From assembly GCA_030698625.1 (NCBI GenBank), contig JAUYMS010000048.1:21879-85878 (forward strand): DNA of 64,000 nt, read 5' to 3'. A model generated the notes under the pieces. It worked only from the letters and a program-made list of their open reading frames with translations, did no database searches and had not been told where the DNA came from. Below, one piece after another: positions 10,393 to 22,400 of the stretch. Each line of letters begins with the position of its first letter. Position 1 is the first letter of the stretch. The translations under genes were made by a program, and so were the position numbers. This DNA is from Candidatus Omnitrophota bacterium (GTDB taxonomy: Bacteria > Omnitrophota > Omnitrophia > Omnitrophales > Aquincolibacteriaceae).

Positions 10393-11367
10393 ATGCCGTG
10401 GCTTTCTGTGCTCATCCCCACCTATAACGGCGAAAAGTATTTGTCTGCGGCGCTTGAGTCGGTCGCGGCCGAAGCCACACCCGACATTGAGTGCATCATT
10501 AGCGATGACGGTTCTGTGGACGGAACGCTTTCTATCGTGGAGCGTTACCGTAAAAAACTAAAAATAACCGTTGAGCAACATTCGGGTTCCAAAAATTGGG
10601 CGGCCAATACCAACCGGGCACTCAGGCGGGCCACCGGTGACTATGTCTCCATCCTTCACCAAGACGATGAATGGCTCCCGGGGCGAATCCGGGTGTTTCG
10701 AAAATTGACGCGGGAAAATCCGGGGTTGGAACTCTTCTTATCCTCATCACAGTTTGCAGAAACTCAGGGAAAAAAACTGGGCCTATGGCGGTGCCCGTTA
10801 CCGGCCTATCCCGAGTATGTCGATGCGACTACCTTCATTGAACATCTTTTGATTCAGAATTTTATCTTTGTCGGGGCCCCCTTCTTTAAGCGGGAAGCTG
10901 CCCTGAGCGTCGGCGGCATGGATGAAAAACTGTGGTTTACGCCCGATTGGGATCTTTGGCTAAAACTCGGCAGCCGGGGAAAGGTTATCTATTACGCGGA
11001 GCCCCTTGCCTCATTCCGGCTGCATTCGCAGTCGCAGACGATGCTTTTGAGCGGAGACAGGGAAGGTTTCAGACAGCAATTAAGTTCGGTTACCGAACGG
11101 CATCTGGAGCGCTGGAATGGACCCCCGGGCGTGAAGGGAGCGGTGCGTAGGGCGGCTGCCTTTTCCGTCGACGTCAATGTTGCCTTAGCCGGTTCCGTTC
11201 ACGGGCGTGACCTGCCGTGGTTTGATTTGATCAAGGGCTTTCTTGCCTTGGGACCTTCGGGAGGATGCCGCTATCTTCGCGACTCCAGGATTTTGGAACG
11301 GGGCCTCGCACGGCTTCGGGCCGGTAAATGGATTGCCCGCAGGGCGACTGCTAATGCCGCAGCCTAA
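10393..11367 (+). CDS. GT2-family glycosyltransferase
   Basis: LSVLIPTYNGEKYLSAALESV...ISDDGSVDGT...HQDDEW (GT2 motifs). GAGGA Shine-Dalgarno-like sequence upstream. Confidence 0.8.
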   Translation: MPWLSVLIPTYNGEKYLSAALESVAAEATPDIECIISDDGSVDGTLSIVERYRKKLKITVEQHSGSKNWAANTNRALRRATGDYVSILHQDDEWLPGRIRVFRKLTRENPGLELFLSSSQFAETQGKKLGLWRCPLPAYPEYVDATTFIEHLLIQNFIFVGAPFFKREAALSVGGMDEKLWFTPDWDLWLKLGSRGKVIYYAEPLASFRLHSQSQTMLLSGDREGFRQQLSSVTERHLERWNGPPGVKGAVRRAAAFSVDVNVALAGSVHGRDLPWFDLIKGFLALGPSGGCRYLRDSRILERGLARLRAGKWIARRATANAAA

Positions 11368-12505
11368 TAACTCTAAAGGCAAATCCCCTTTAGCAAGCCT
11401 GACCGGGCCGGACCGCATAATTGTCTTCGCCCTCGGTTTCTGCTTTGCCGTCATAACGGTTTATTTTTTACTGCAGCCTTTATGGGGGAATGCGCTTAAA
11501 TACGATTTCTCGAGTCCCGCGACCATGAAACAATGGAAGGTTTCGGGAAATCACCTTCTGAGTCCGTCGTTGCCAGCTGATGAAAAGGGTGTCATGAACT
11601 GGGATGATTACCCCTATATCAAACTCAGCGTCAACCGCGGTGAGAAGGAGCGTAATGGCGCCCTCGTCTGGTATCCGCAGAAAGATCTCAATATAAACCA
11701 TTCTTTTATCTTTACGATTCCCGCAGGCCGGGATCAAATCATTCTAAGTGTAAAAAAAGAGGAGTTTTGGATACGTCGATCCGCTTGGTCGGGAGCGATT
11801 ATACGGTTCGGCTTTTATCTCAATCCTGATGTGCACGTGCGCACTGTCGCATTAAAATCGACTCTGTCTTTCCCCGAAAGAATCAGGGTTTTCTTGGACG
11901 AATTCTTTACCGTCGAACCGCTTCTGCCGTACAGCATTAACGGGCTCTATGGCAACACCGTCTTTAGAGTTCCCGTGGTTCTGTGCTTCGGAGTTGGGTT
12001 CTTAATCGTGGCCGCTTACTATTTCTTCAGACCCAATACATTCAGCCGTCTTGTGTTTATAGGATCAGCCGTAGCCGCGTTCGTGGCCATTGATATGCAG
12101 TGGAACCATACCTTTTGGCAAGAGGTTCGCTATAGTTCCGAGAGGTCAGCTTGGCATTATGACCGTTTTGATGAGTACGAATCGCGTTTCGGAGATTCCT
12201 TCGGGAAGCTCGCGCGTGAGTTTGAAGAGCGTGTGCCTGCGGGCGCAAACGTTTTCTTTTCTAAGGAGCGTGAATTTAGAGTCCGCGGTGAGGAAAACTG
12301 GATCGCATTTCAGTATTACCCCCGTTATAAGTCGGTATCTCTCGATAAGGCAGACTGGATTTTTTACTTCGAGCCCAAGGATGTTAAATACAACGCGGCA
12401 ACGAAACAAGTCGTGTCTAATGACGGCCAATCGCGTTCGGATACGTTAAAGACCGCTTATTCATTTACCGAAGACGCGCAAATTTTTGAGGTGATGCGTG
12501 ATTGA
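11354..12505 (+). CDS. Hypothetical N-terminally membrane-anchored protein
   Basis: ORF 11243-12505. The first ATG not deeply overlapping the GT2 gene is 11354 (MPQPNNSKGK...), then a TM helix IIVFALGFCFAVITVYFLL. No recognisable domain. Confidence 0.5.
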   Translation: MPQPNNSKGKSPLASLTGPDRIIVFALGFCFAVITVYFLLQPLWGNALKYDFSSPATMKQWKVSGNHLLSPSLPADEKGVMNWDDYPYIKLSVNRGEKERNGALVWYPQKDLNINHSFIFTIPAGRDQIILSVKKEEFWIRRSAWSGAIIRFGFYLNPDVHVRTVALKSTLSFPERIRVFLDEFFTVEPLLPYSINGLYGNTVFRVPVVLCFGVGFLIVAAYYFFRPNTFSRLVFIGSAVAAFVAIDMQWNHTFWQEVRYSSERSAWHYDRFDEYESRFGDSFGKLAREFEERVPAGANVFFSKEREFRVRGEENWIAFQYYPRYKSVSLDKADWIFYFEPKDVKYNAATKQVVSNDGQSRSDTLKTAYSFTEDAQIFEVMRD

Positions 12506-13850
12506 GGTCTTAGTCGCGGCCATGCTGGCGCAAGGTATTCTTGTGTTGGGAGGTCTCGGTCTCATGCAGTTAATCAGCGGGCGTGAACGCTTGTGCCCTT
12601 TGACGGCCCTGCCTTATGGCTGGTGCTTCGGCGTGCTCATCCTGTATCTGTTCGGGTCGATTGCGGTAAGGATTCCGGCTCTTACGGGTCGTTGGCACTA
12701 TGTCGTTGCGGCCGCATGTTGTGTGGCCGCTGTGGCCGGTTGGTGGCGATGGCGTACGGGTTCTGAGGGTGTGGAATCCCGGCAGGTTAAAAGCAAGTGG
12801 TCATGGCTTGATGGGATGTTTCTGGGGCTCATTCTGTTAAAGGTTGTTTTCGCCGCCTATGTTCTCATGGTTAATCCCGTCATTGATGCGGACGCAGCAC
12901 ATCTGGATCTTTGGGTCGGTCTCTCGAAGGTCATTGCCCATGAAGGAACGCTTCCGGAAGGGACTTCGCATCTGGCGCGGCTTTTTTGCCCTTCGCTTTT
13001 ACCCGCGTGGACGCATCGTTTTTTGCCGCGCTGGCATGACGGTCTGATTTCTTTACCGTGGCTTGTGACCTACCTATCCTTCATAGGTGTCGGCTTTACG
13101 ACATGCTATTCGCTTACGCGATCACGTGCAGCGTCGCTAGTGGCTGCGTATTTCTTGTCGGCTATTCCGCTCGGAGTGGCCCACGTCATGCGACCGGGTT
13201 ATTCTGACTTTATTGTTGCTTACTTTTTTCTTGTCGCCCTATCCTTTGTTCTGCGCATCTTCTTCAAGACAGGAGCCGCCGTGCCGGCGTCGCTGCTTGC
13301 CTGCCTCGCCGCATTCGGGGGACTGCTCACCAAAGAGGAGGGGAACCTCTTATTTGTGTGGGTTATCGCTGTGATTGGTAGTTTTTACATTAGCGACAAA
13401 AAGGGAATCGAGTGGAAAAAGATTCTCATCATTCAGATTGTGGGGCTCGCTGTTATCTACGGCGTTTATTTTTTCGGCGCAGACTTGATCCGGCCTCATA
13501 TTGAATCGGGTCGAATGCAATACCTGTTCACGAAGAGTTTTAATGTCCGTGCGATCGGCGTCTTTTTTGATGAGGTCTTCGGAAGGGGAACTTTTAATCT
13601 GCTTTGGTGGTTCGCGTTTGGGATGATGTCTTTTTTGGTGTTGCGGAAAACACCGGCGCCTTCTAAGGCGCTGACAATTTACCTAATTCTCCTTTTCGCC
13701 GGGGTCTTTTATTTCTGCTGTTTTACGGTAAATATCCAGTTTACGCTTAAGCGCACCAACGCACCCCGATTCCTGCTCCAGATTATAGGGATCTGGCTCC
13801 CTCTTTACGTGATGTTTTGCCGGGATATCCTTTTAGTTGATGAAAGATAG
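12498..13850 (+). CDS. Polytopic membrane protein of the glycan locus (O-antigen polymerase/ligase-like or glycosyltransferase-like), function unknown
   Basis: 450 aa with ~10-12 hydrophobic helices. GTG at 12498 overlaps the previous stop; an alternative ATG is at 12522. Confidence 0.5.
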   Translation: MIEVLVAAMLAQGILVLGGLGLMQLISGRERLCPLTALPYGWCFGVLILYLFGSIAVRIPALTGRWHYVVAAACCVAAVAGWWRWRTGSEGVESRQVKSKWSWLDGMFLGLILLKVVFAAYVLMVNPVIDADAAHLDLWVGLSKVIAHEGTLPEGTSHLARLFCPSLLPAWTHRFLPRWHDGLISLPWLVTYLSFIGVGFTTCYSLTRSRAASLVAAYFLSAIPLGVAHVMRPGYSDFIVAYFFLVALSFVLRIFFKTGAAVPASLLACLAAFGGLLTKEEGNLLFVWVIAVIGSFYISDKKGIEWKKILIIQIVGLAVIYGVYFFGADLIRPHIESGRMQYLFTKSFNVRAIGVFFDEVFGRGTFNLLWWFAFGMMSFLVLRKTPAPSKALTIYLILLFAGVFYFCCFTVNIQFTLKRTNAPRFLLQIIGIWLPLYVMFCRDILLVDER

Positions 13851-13904
13851 GGGGAAATCGCATAGAATGTACGCCTCCAGTCTCCAATCACGAGGTGTTA
13901 TCTC

Positions 13905-15578
13905 ATGAGTTATCTAATATTTGCCCGAAAATTCAGGCCCCAGACCTTCGACGAAGTCGTGGGCCAAGAGCCGATCGTTAAGACGCTGAAGAACGCTATC
14001 CAACAAGAACGCATTCCTCAGAGCTTTCTTTTTTCGGGACCCCGCGGTGTGGGTAAGACCTCGGTGGCGCGTATTGTGGCGATGGCCCTCAATAGCCCAG
14101 GCGGGCCGAAAGTTGACTTTGACCCAAAAAGCGATGTCTCCCGCGAAATTGCCGAAGGGCGGTCGATGGATGTCCTGGAAATCGACGGAGCCTCGAATCG
14201 CGGCATCGATGAAATCCGGAATTTGCGCGATACGGTTAAGTTCAAGCCTTCAGCGGGAAACTATAAGCTCTACATTATCGATGAAGTGCACATGCTCACC
14301 ACCGAAGCTTTCAATGCGCTGCTGAAAACGCTCGAAGAGCCTCCGCCGCATGTGAAGTTTATTTTCGCTACGACCGAGCCGCACAAGGTTCCTCTTACGA
14401 TCCTATCGCGGTGCCAGCGCTTCCACTTTAAAAGAATCGCCACTCCGGAGATCGTGGCCAAGCTCGAAGAGATCGCTAAGCGCGAAAAGATTAAATACGA
14501 CAAGAAGGCAATTTTCCTCATCGCGAAAGCCAGCGAGGGTGCATTGCGCGACAGCGAAAGCATTCTGGATCAACTGGCGAGTTTTTGTGACGAAAAGATC
14601 ACCGAAGAGGATGTGCTTTTTACTCTGGGATACGCATCCGAAGATCTTTATTTTCAGGTTTTGCAGGCCCTGAGGGCAGGAGATGCCAATACGCTCTTTC
14701 GCCTCATTCGCGAACTCTACGAAGGGGGCCGGGACCTGGTTCAGTTTGCGAAAGGGCTTTTTGAAATCTTCCGCCATCTCTTATTATTTCAGTGCTCGCC
14801 GGAGCATGCCGAGGAGTTCATCGAGATGAGCCCGGAGGGTATCACCGAGCTCAAAAAGATTCAGACTACTTTTTCGCGGGGTGAGCTGCTTCTGGCTTTG
14901 GGGATACTCGGCAATCTTCAGGGCACCTTGAGGCGCAATCTTGCTTCTCCGCGAATTTTGGTGGAGACTGCACTTTTGAAGCTGCTCCATCTGGATGGTT
15001 TGAAATCCGTTGAGGCGCTCGTGGAGTCGGGTGCGCCGGCCAGGCCGCAGGCAACGACCCGCGCGGCCAGTACCCCGGAGCCGAAGCTCCCGGTGCGCTT
15101 GCAGACAAAGGTCCAAGCCGTTGTGAAGGAGACGCCGCAGGCTTCAGGCGATGTCCCGCAGAGCCTTGATGCGGGCGGCACGGCCATTGCCACCGCCATT
15201 TCTGTCGAGGAGGCCGAAGGTGTTTGGACGCGGGTCATCGAATATGTGAAGACAAAGCGTATGTCGACCGGGATTTTCCTCTCGGAGGCCACACCTGTGG
15301 AGATGTCGGATGAGGTCGCGACGCTCGGGTTGCCGTCGGAGTTTGAATTTCACAAGGAAACCTTGGAAAAGGAAGGCAATCGCCGGCTCGTTGAAGATGC
15401 CTTTGAGGTTATCGCGGGCAAAAAGATAAGAGTCAAATATGTTGTTACGACAAGCACGACAGTCGAAGGCGTGCCCTCCGCGAAGGTTTCGGGTAAAAAA
15501 GACGAAAAGGTCGCCGATATTATCTCCGAGGCGCTAGAGATTTTTGAGGGTGCCAAGATCGTCACGAAGGATTCATGA
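13905..15578 (+). CDS. dnaX: DNA polymerase III subunits gamma/tau
   Basis: [43 protein letters not shown] (Walker A clamp-loader box), [15 protein letters not shown], zinc module [16 protein letters not shown] upstream. Confidence 0.95.
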   Translation: MSYLIFARKFRPQTFDEVVGQEPIVKTLKNAIQQERIPQSFLFSGPRGVGKTSVARIVAMALNSPGGPKVDFDPKSDVSREIAEGRSMDVLEIDGASNRGIDEIRNLRDTVKFKPSAGNYKLYIIDEVHMLTTEAFNALLKTLEEPPPHVKFIFATTEPHKVPLTILSRCQRFHFKRIATPEIVAKLEEIAKREKIKYDKKAIFLIAKASEGALRDSESILDQLASFCDEKITEEDVLFTLGYASEDLYFQVLQALRAGDANTLFRLIRELYEGGRDLVQFAKGLFEIFRHLLLFQCSPEHAEEFIEMSPEGITELKKIQTTFSRGELLLALGILGNLQGTLRRNLASPRILVETALLKLLHLDGLKSVEALVESGAPARPQATTRAASTPEPKLPVRLQTKVQAVVKETPQASGDVPQSLDAGGTAIATAISVEEAEGVWTRVIEYVKTKRMSTGIFLSEATPVEMSDEVATLGLPSEFEFHKETLEKEGNRRLVEDAFEVIAGKKIRVKYVVTTSTTVEGVPSAKVSGKKDEKVADIISEALEIFEGAKIVTKDS

Positions 15579-16174
15579 AAGCCTACGCGGACTGGATGGC
15601 GCAACTCATTGAGGCATTCATTAAGTTTCCGGGAATCGGACGGCGTTCGGCGGAACGGATCGTTTTCTATTTATTGAAAACGAAGCGTGAAGAGGTAAGT
15701 CGCCTTGCCACGCTGCTTGGGAAGGTCCGCGACACGGTCTTTTTCTGTGACATCTGCCACAATTTTTCCGATGCCAAAATCTGCCACATCTGCTCGGATC
15801 CGGCGCGCGATCAGGGTGTCATCTGCGTTGTGGAGGATCCTAAAGATGTCATCGCCATTGATAAGACCCAGGAGTATGTCGGTGTTTACCACGTTCTTTT
15901 AGGTGCGCTTTCGGCTCTCGACGGCATCGGCCCTGCCGAAATCCAAATACAGGGTCTTCTGACGCGCGTCAAAACCGGTAAGGTGAGGGAGGTTATTATC
16001 GCGACCAATTCGAACACCGAAGGGGAAACAACCTCCCTTTATCTGGCTAAAGTCCTGAAACCGCTAGGCGTCAAAATTACCCGAATTGCGCGGGGGATAC
16101 CGGTCGGAAGTCACATCGAATTCATGGATCAAGCCACCCTGTCGCGAGCCCTCGAAGACCGCGTCGCGACGTAG
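15575..16174 (+). CDS. recR: Recombination protein RecR
   Basis: HhH region PGIGRRSAERI, C4 zinc finger CDICHNFSDAKICHICSD, Toprim ICVVEDPKDVIAIDKT. ATGA overlap with dnaX. Confidence 0.95.
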   Translation: MKAYADWMAQLIEAFIKFPGIGRRSAERIVFYLLKTKREEVSRLATLLGKVRDTVFFCDICHNFSDAKICHICSDPARDQGVICVVEDPKDVIAIDKTQEYVGVYHVLLGALSALDGIGPAEIQIQGLLTRVKTGKVREVIIATNSNTEGETTSLYLAKVLKPLGVKITRIARGIPVGSHIEFMDQATLSRALEDRVAT

Positions 16175-16454
16175 ACGAACGTCCGGCTTCAAACCTCACA
16201 TTCCGCACTAGCGCGGCCTCTCTCAGAATGGCCGCTTATAGCATTTCCTAACACTTTCCCCCCATCCGCTTCAGGTGCAAGTTTAATCACGTATGAGTAA
16301 TGGATTTCTAATAGAAGTAGGCTTTTGGCCCTGCCCGGTTTGACACCCCAAATTTCACATGGTTCACTTTGATAATCTTATTCTCATTAGAACTTACGTC
16401 AATTGGACTGGATTCAGAATGCCCGGGGATTGGGGCAGGCTATACCCCTAATTA
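16175..16454 (+). promoter_or_regulatory. 280-bp non-coding leader upstream of the giant ORF (promoter/5'UTR candidate)
   Basis: The only sizeable intergenic gap on this strand between 13.9 and 50 kb. AT-richer than the flanks. Contains TTGACA (16339-16344) and GATAAT (16371-16376), but with a non-canonical 26-nt spacing. No clear Shine-Dalgarno sequence before ATG 16455. Confidence 0.3.
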
Positions 16455-19400
16455 ATGAAAACAAAAAAACACGAAACCCAAAATCAGAACTTTCATCCGC
16501 TCCTGAAAACTACTGCGTGGATCATAGCGCTCGTTTTTCTCGTGGATACCGTTGCCTGGTCGGCGCCGGTGACGCCCGAGGCGAATATTCCCGCACCGAA
16601 CGTCTCAGCTTATCTTTACGATCTCCGGATTCCCGAAGCCATCGGTAAAATTGAAACGCGTTTTTTGCCGGCCGTCCCAGGGAAGGATACTCCCGTTATT
16701 ATTCACATCCAAGACGCGCACGCGCATCCGGAAGCCCAGCGAAATATCCAAGCGATCCTGGACCATCTCGGCAAGAACAACAAGATCGACAGGATTGCCG
16801 TAGAGGGTGCATCGGGAAAAATCGAGCCGGCCCTGCTTGAATTCTTCTCCGTTCCCAAAGTCAATGACGCCATGGCTGAGTACCTTACGGACATGGGGGA
16901 GTTGACCGGCACGGAACTTTATGCTCTTGAACATAAGGGGTCGGCCGCTTCGGTAAGCGGCGTCGAAAACGTCGATCTCTACCGCCGGAGTTTCTCCCTC
17001 TTTGAAGAGATCAAGTCCGAAAAAGAGAGCGTTGAAACGGCTCTGAGTTTCTACGGCCGCAAACTCGAGGAGCTGGAGATTCGGTACCTCGGAGAAGATT
17101 TGCGCCGATTCGTGGCACAGCGGAGGTTGTGGCAGGCAAAACAGGCAAGCGAGTCTCACGCCTACTTTAAGCTTATCGCCGAGTTTTCAGAGCGATACTT
17201 GGCCCTCAACTTTTCGGACCCGCGCATGCAGTTCACATGGCCGCATCTCGTGCGCATGGTCAAAACGGGCGAGATCGAAGCGGATCTCAAGCCGGAAGCT
17301 GCAGCCGGGGAGAGTTCGCAATTGGTTGTCGCTATCGCTCGGGCGTATCCCGATCGGAGTCCCATGAGAGATTTCCTTATCGGAGGGATTGAATCCCTGG
17401 GTTCCGAAGAAGGCCCTAAGGCGTGGTTGTCCCGCCAGAACGGCTTTGCCGACGTAAAAAACGTTCGCGAGTTTACGGAATTGCTCTATCGGGAATCCCT
17501 TAACAAGGATTTTAATCTCTTGAGTTATCCCCACCTGCTGAACCTTGCCGGTTTTCATATTTTGCGGGAGGAAATCGATGCCACGGCACTTTTTGCCGAG
17601 ATGGCCAAAATTGAAAAGCGTCTCGAAGAAACAGTGGTTCGCAGTGACGATGAGAAGATGATTCTGAGTCTCATCCATGATTTCGAACTCATCCAGAAGC
17701 TGCTTTCGCTTTCCATGACTCGCGACGACTACGAGGCCTATAAGACGAGAAAAGATGATCTTACGCCGCGTAGGCTGAGCGAGAGATTCCTTAAATGGAA
17801 CGTGTTACCGCAGACGTTTCCCGTACTCGAAGCAAAAGCAGTCGCGATGGCTGAAGAGTTTTATCTCCTTTCGCGTCGGCGCGACGAAACGCTCCTGGAA
17901 AACGCTTTGCGCCTTCCGGGGACCTCGCATCTCGTGCTCGTAGCCGGCGGTTTTCACAGCCAGGGTTTGCAGGCCTTAATGAAGGAGAAAGGAATTGCCC
18001 ACGCGGTCATCAGCCCGCGCATGACTCAGTTCGACAGCGATGGCCTCTATGAGAAGGTGATGCTCGGCGAGAACGCCAAGCTGGATCTGCTGCAGGCTAG
18101 AGGAACCGCGATCGTTAAGCGCCTCATGCTTCAGTTGTCGCAGGAATACAGAGCCTTGGGTCCTCTGCCGCGGGCCGAAGAGCAGGCGGTTCTGGCATTG
18201 CGCGCCATTCACAAAGGCGTCGAGGTTGCCAGAGCTCTTGGTATTTCTGAAAAGACATTGGCTGCAGAGTTAAGCCGGCAGATTACGCTCTCCAGCATTT
18301 TTAGCGGCACACGTTTTGGCGTCGAGTATGACGCGGCCCGAGACCGTGTTGTCTTCGGAGTTTGGAATGATCGGGGCCGCCTAACGCTTTTGGGTGAAGA
18401 TGCGGCCGTTACCGCACAACCTGCTGTATCCGATGCGGCTGCGTCGCCGAAACGAGTCGATGTTACGGCGTGGTATCTCGGGCCTGAGTCCACGCTTTCT
18501 GTCTCTTCGGGGTTTGTGGCAGCGGGCGAGATCTGGTCCAACCGCCGTACGTCGCGTTCCCGATCCGAACTTCGCGTGGAACTTGTCGCCCAAGAAAATC
18601 ACTGGGTCGGAAATTTCGTTAAGAACATCCTCAGAGTGGTGCGCGGGCGCGACAAAAACACGTATCAGCAGCTTATCACGGCCATTGACCGGGTTAATCG
18701 TCTCAAGCGTGAACTTCTCAATGACCGGGGTCCGGAGGGCCTTTGGGAGGTTCACAGTGAGGCCGATATCGGACCGCACCGCTACATCCTGAGAATCGAG
18801 AATATCGCGGAGCGTGTTTATAACGACCACTTGATCTATGATTTGCCCATCGCCCATCGCATCGCCTATGTGCTCGCGGTTTTTGACGCCAAGAATTTCC
18901 CCACACTGCACAAGCGAATCTACGATGTGGTTCGTGAGATCATCTACAAGCCTAACAGTGATGAGCTTGAACATAATCCCAGAGCCTATCGCAACCCGTC
19001 TTCCAAGGAAGCTGAGATTACGGCATCAGAGTACAGCCGCGTTGCCAATACGGTTTCGCTTGCCGAACATCAGGACACGATTGATCGGCACACGCTTCTC
19101 CAGTTTGCCCTCAACTGGATCGTATTCGACATTCCGCGCAGTCATCGCCTGGCCCTTAATAATGAGAGTTTTACTGCCGAGGGGCTCAAGGAACTCGACG
19201 TGCCCGGAAGCGGAAATATTCCTAAAATTGCCTTCATTACCGACTATCACGGCGCCACGCGTGTCGGGTCTCTTTTTGCCTTTCTTAGCGGAATTCGCAG
19301 CGATTACCGCAATGTGCAAAGCGTGGCAGATCTGGAAGCGAAAATTCTAAAACGATACGCACAACAGTTTCCGGGCAAGACGGCAGGCGAAATTATTGCT

Positions 19401-22400
19401 CAGATGAACATGCATGTCGTCGGAGCCGGAGACTATGTCGATCGCGGACCGTGGCCGGATCTGGGATACGAACTCAATAAGTTCTTCCGCGCTAACGGAA
19501 AACTTAAGTTCATCAACGGAAATCACGAGGTCTGGAAAGACTGGAATATTACCGGTGTGCACCTTCGAGTGCACGATGCGTTTCGTACCATCCTGGCCAG
19601 TGAAAAATTGGCAGAAAACCATATTAGCGAACACCTCAAAATCATAAGGCCGTTTGTCACCACCGTGGGGTGGGATGCTGTAAGGGATCAGGAGAAATTC
19701 ATAGAGCTGGAACGGCAATTAGCAGATCTGATGGCACGCTTCTTGGCAGAGGCAAAGAAAAACGGAGGTGTCCTGGATAATGAAACGATCGAAAGGTATG
19801 CCAATGTGGTGATTGATGCGGGAACTAACATGACGCATTCGCGTGAATATTGGTCACGGGAGTGGGGCGTTCACGGCAACTGGTTCGATACCCTGCTTGA
19901 TCGTTTGAATGCCCGCATGATCAACGAGGGCCGTGCGGCGGCCAATGACAGCATTAATGACAGCCTTCGCGATCGCTTGGCCGCGATTCTAGAGCCCGCA
20001 CCATTCGGAGAGTTGGATGCTGAGATTCGCGAGGGCCTCGAGGACGTTCGGGAACAGCTGTTGACCAATATCCGAAGCGGAGAGGGTCTCTTTACCCCGG
20101 TGGATTCTCTGATGTTTTCAGATACCGACGAAGTCCGCGCCCTTCTTCGTCGAATGAAAGAGCTCAAACGTGCCAACGAAGAAAAGCGCTTGCTGGGGCT
20201 CAGCCACGAACAAGTCAAGGTGCCGAGCCCCTTTGAGGAGACGGCAAAAGTGGCTCGGAGGTATCTGGATGAGACAAATAGGATTATCGGGTTCTTAAAT
20301 CGGGCCGTGAAAGAAGCAGAGATTCCGAGCTTTGAGGCAGAGCTGATCACGATGGAAAATATGCGCCATAACCCCGTGGTCCTCGAAACGGTGCAATGGG
20401 ATCTGGAGAATTTCAGGCAATTCTATGTTCACTCCCTCGGCATGGCGGTATCGCACGGCATCATCCCCTTTAAAGAGGGAACCACCGAGCTTAATGTCAG
20501 CTATAAGACCCGGGGCGGGCGCACCTTCGTAGGAGTTGCTGCGATCGATGCCATGCAAGTTGACATACGCCGGTTCTTTCAAAATATCGATAAGATCGAG
20601 GACACGGCTGAGTTCCGGCAGGAAATGGAAGACGCCCTCGGTCCCGCCTATGATATTTTGCAAGACTGGTACTCCGACCGACTCGGCATCCTCAAGGCGC
20701 CGGCGGTCTTACACTTTGCAGACATCGGCGGACCCACCAAATTTTACTTTTCCGACCCCACGGCTTACAGCCCCAGGAGATTTCAACCGAATGCGGGTTT
20801 TTTAATGTTTGGCCACGTCCCGATGTCAGAAATGAAAAAACGTGACCTTCCTTATCTCAACATGTCAACCCGATGGGAGTTGAGCGGATTCGTCAACGGA
20901 GATGACGGTATGTCCGAGGGGTATGACGGCCGCGGCTCGGTCGTTTTGATTTTCGACCGCGACGAGAATGGAGTGCTCGAGGGTTTCAGGCGATATGGTT
21001 TCAAGCGAACCTCTTTCTACATTATCAATAAGCTCGTGCCGCCGGAAGAGAAACTCCTCGCGGCGGCTGTGGCGGCCCTCAAAATAGCAAACGGAGAGAC
21101 CGAGGCGCCGGCCGATCAGGTTCGCGCCCGTGAACTGCAAGCGGAGATTGAAGAAAGGACGGAACGCATACGGGAATGGAAGGAAAGGGCCGAGCGTTTG
21201 GACCGAGACGGAGAAGAGATCGAAGATATTACGCTTTATAAGATTCCTCAAAAAACGGCGGACAGAATTCGCCCTTTCTTAAGCGGCGAGGGCCTGCTCA
21301 TGCATATGGTGGAGCAGAAACTGGAAGAGACCCGGAGAATTTATGGAGAGCTCTTAGAAACCGCTACTCAGTTCGGACGTGTTTGGAAGAAAGCCCATTA
21401 TAGGAAGAAGCTCAAAGCAACAAGCCGACAGCTTGCGAACTTTCGTATCACGACCGTCAAGAAGCTCCTCGATCGCGCCTCCAAGGCCTCCGGCCGGCTG
21501 CATTCGCAGGAAGTGCGGAGGCGCATCGACAAAGCGCTGTGGTACGCAAGGACTTGGCGCTATGCTCAATCCGAGAAGGCCGTTACCGCAGTTCTCAATA
21601 TCGTTCAGGGCCCGGAATTTGAATTGGGACCCAGCTCACAGCTTTTTGAGGATCTTGAGCGCGCGTATCTTATCCTCAGCAGGCATACCATGTCAGAGCC
21701 GGTTCTACTCCAACGCTCCGAGCTGCGGTCTGACCCTGCTGTTACAAGCACTGGTGAATCTGATGCTGAAGCTTTCAATGTCTATACCCCCGACAAAATT
21801 GTGCGCGGTATGGAGGAGGAGATCGGTGAGAAGCCGGTGCTCCTTGCCACCTTCTCAAAATACTTGAGGGCCATTGTGTCCCAGAGGACGGAAGGGGGCC
21901 GTACTGTGGCGATGCCTCCATTTTTCGTGATACCCGCCCATCTTTCCGAACGCATGCTGAGCAGCGGTCAGCCCTTCGACGAAATCACCAGAAGAAAGTT
22001 ATTGGAGAATCTCTTCGAGTTTAGCGAAAGAGGAACAGAAGCATTCGGTAAACCCGAATCACCGCTATTTCTTTCGATACGTGCAGCTGCACCGCGAATC
22101 GTGCCCGGCCAGTTTATTACTATCCTGAATGTCGGCATTAATGACGACACCTTTCCGGGTCTGGTTCAGCGCTTGGGAAGCCTTGAATTAGCCCAGAGCC
22201 GTTACTCGAAACTGATTCGCGACATTCTAATCGAAATCTATAATTATGAACGTGACGACATTAAGGAAAGTATGGATGAACTCCCGATCGAAAATTATGC
22301 GACAAAGGAGGAGTGGCGTTTAGCCGCACTGCGGAAGGCCTATCGAGATTTGCGCCAGGAAGAATTTCCGCAGGACGTTTACGAACAAGTGCGAATTATT

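Noticed and set aside
16213-16235. GC hairpin (gcggcc-loop-ggccgc) after recR as an intrinsic terminator
   Set aside because: The stem is only 6 bp and there is no downstream U-tract, so it is not a convincing Rho-independent terminator.
16339-16376. TTGACA ... GATAAT hexamers upstream of the giant ORF as a sigma70 promoter
   Set aside because: The spacer between them is 26 nt, far from the canonical 17 +/- 2. I kept the region only as a generic leader or regulatory candidate.
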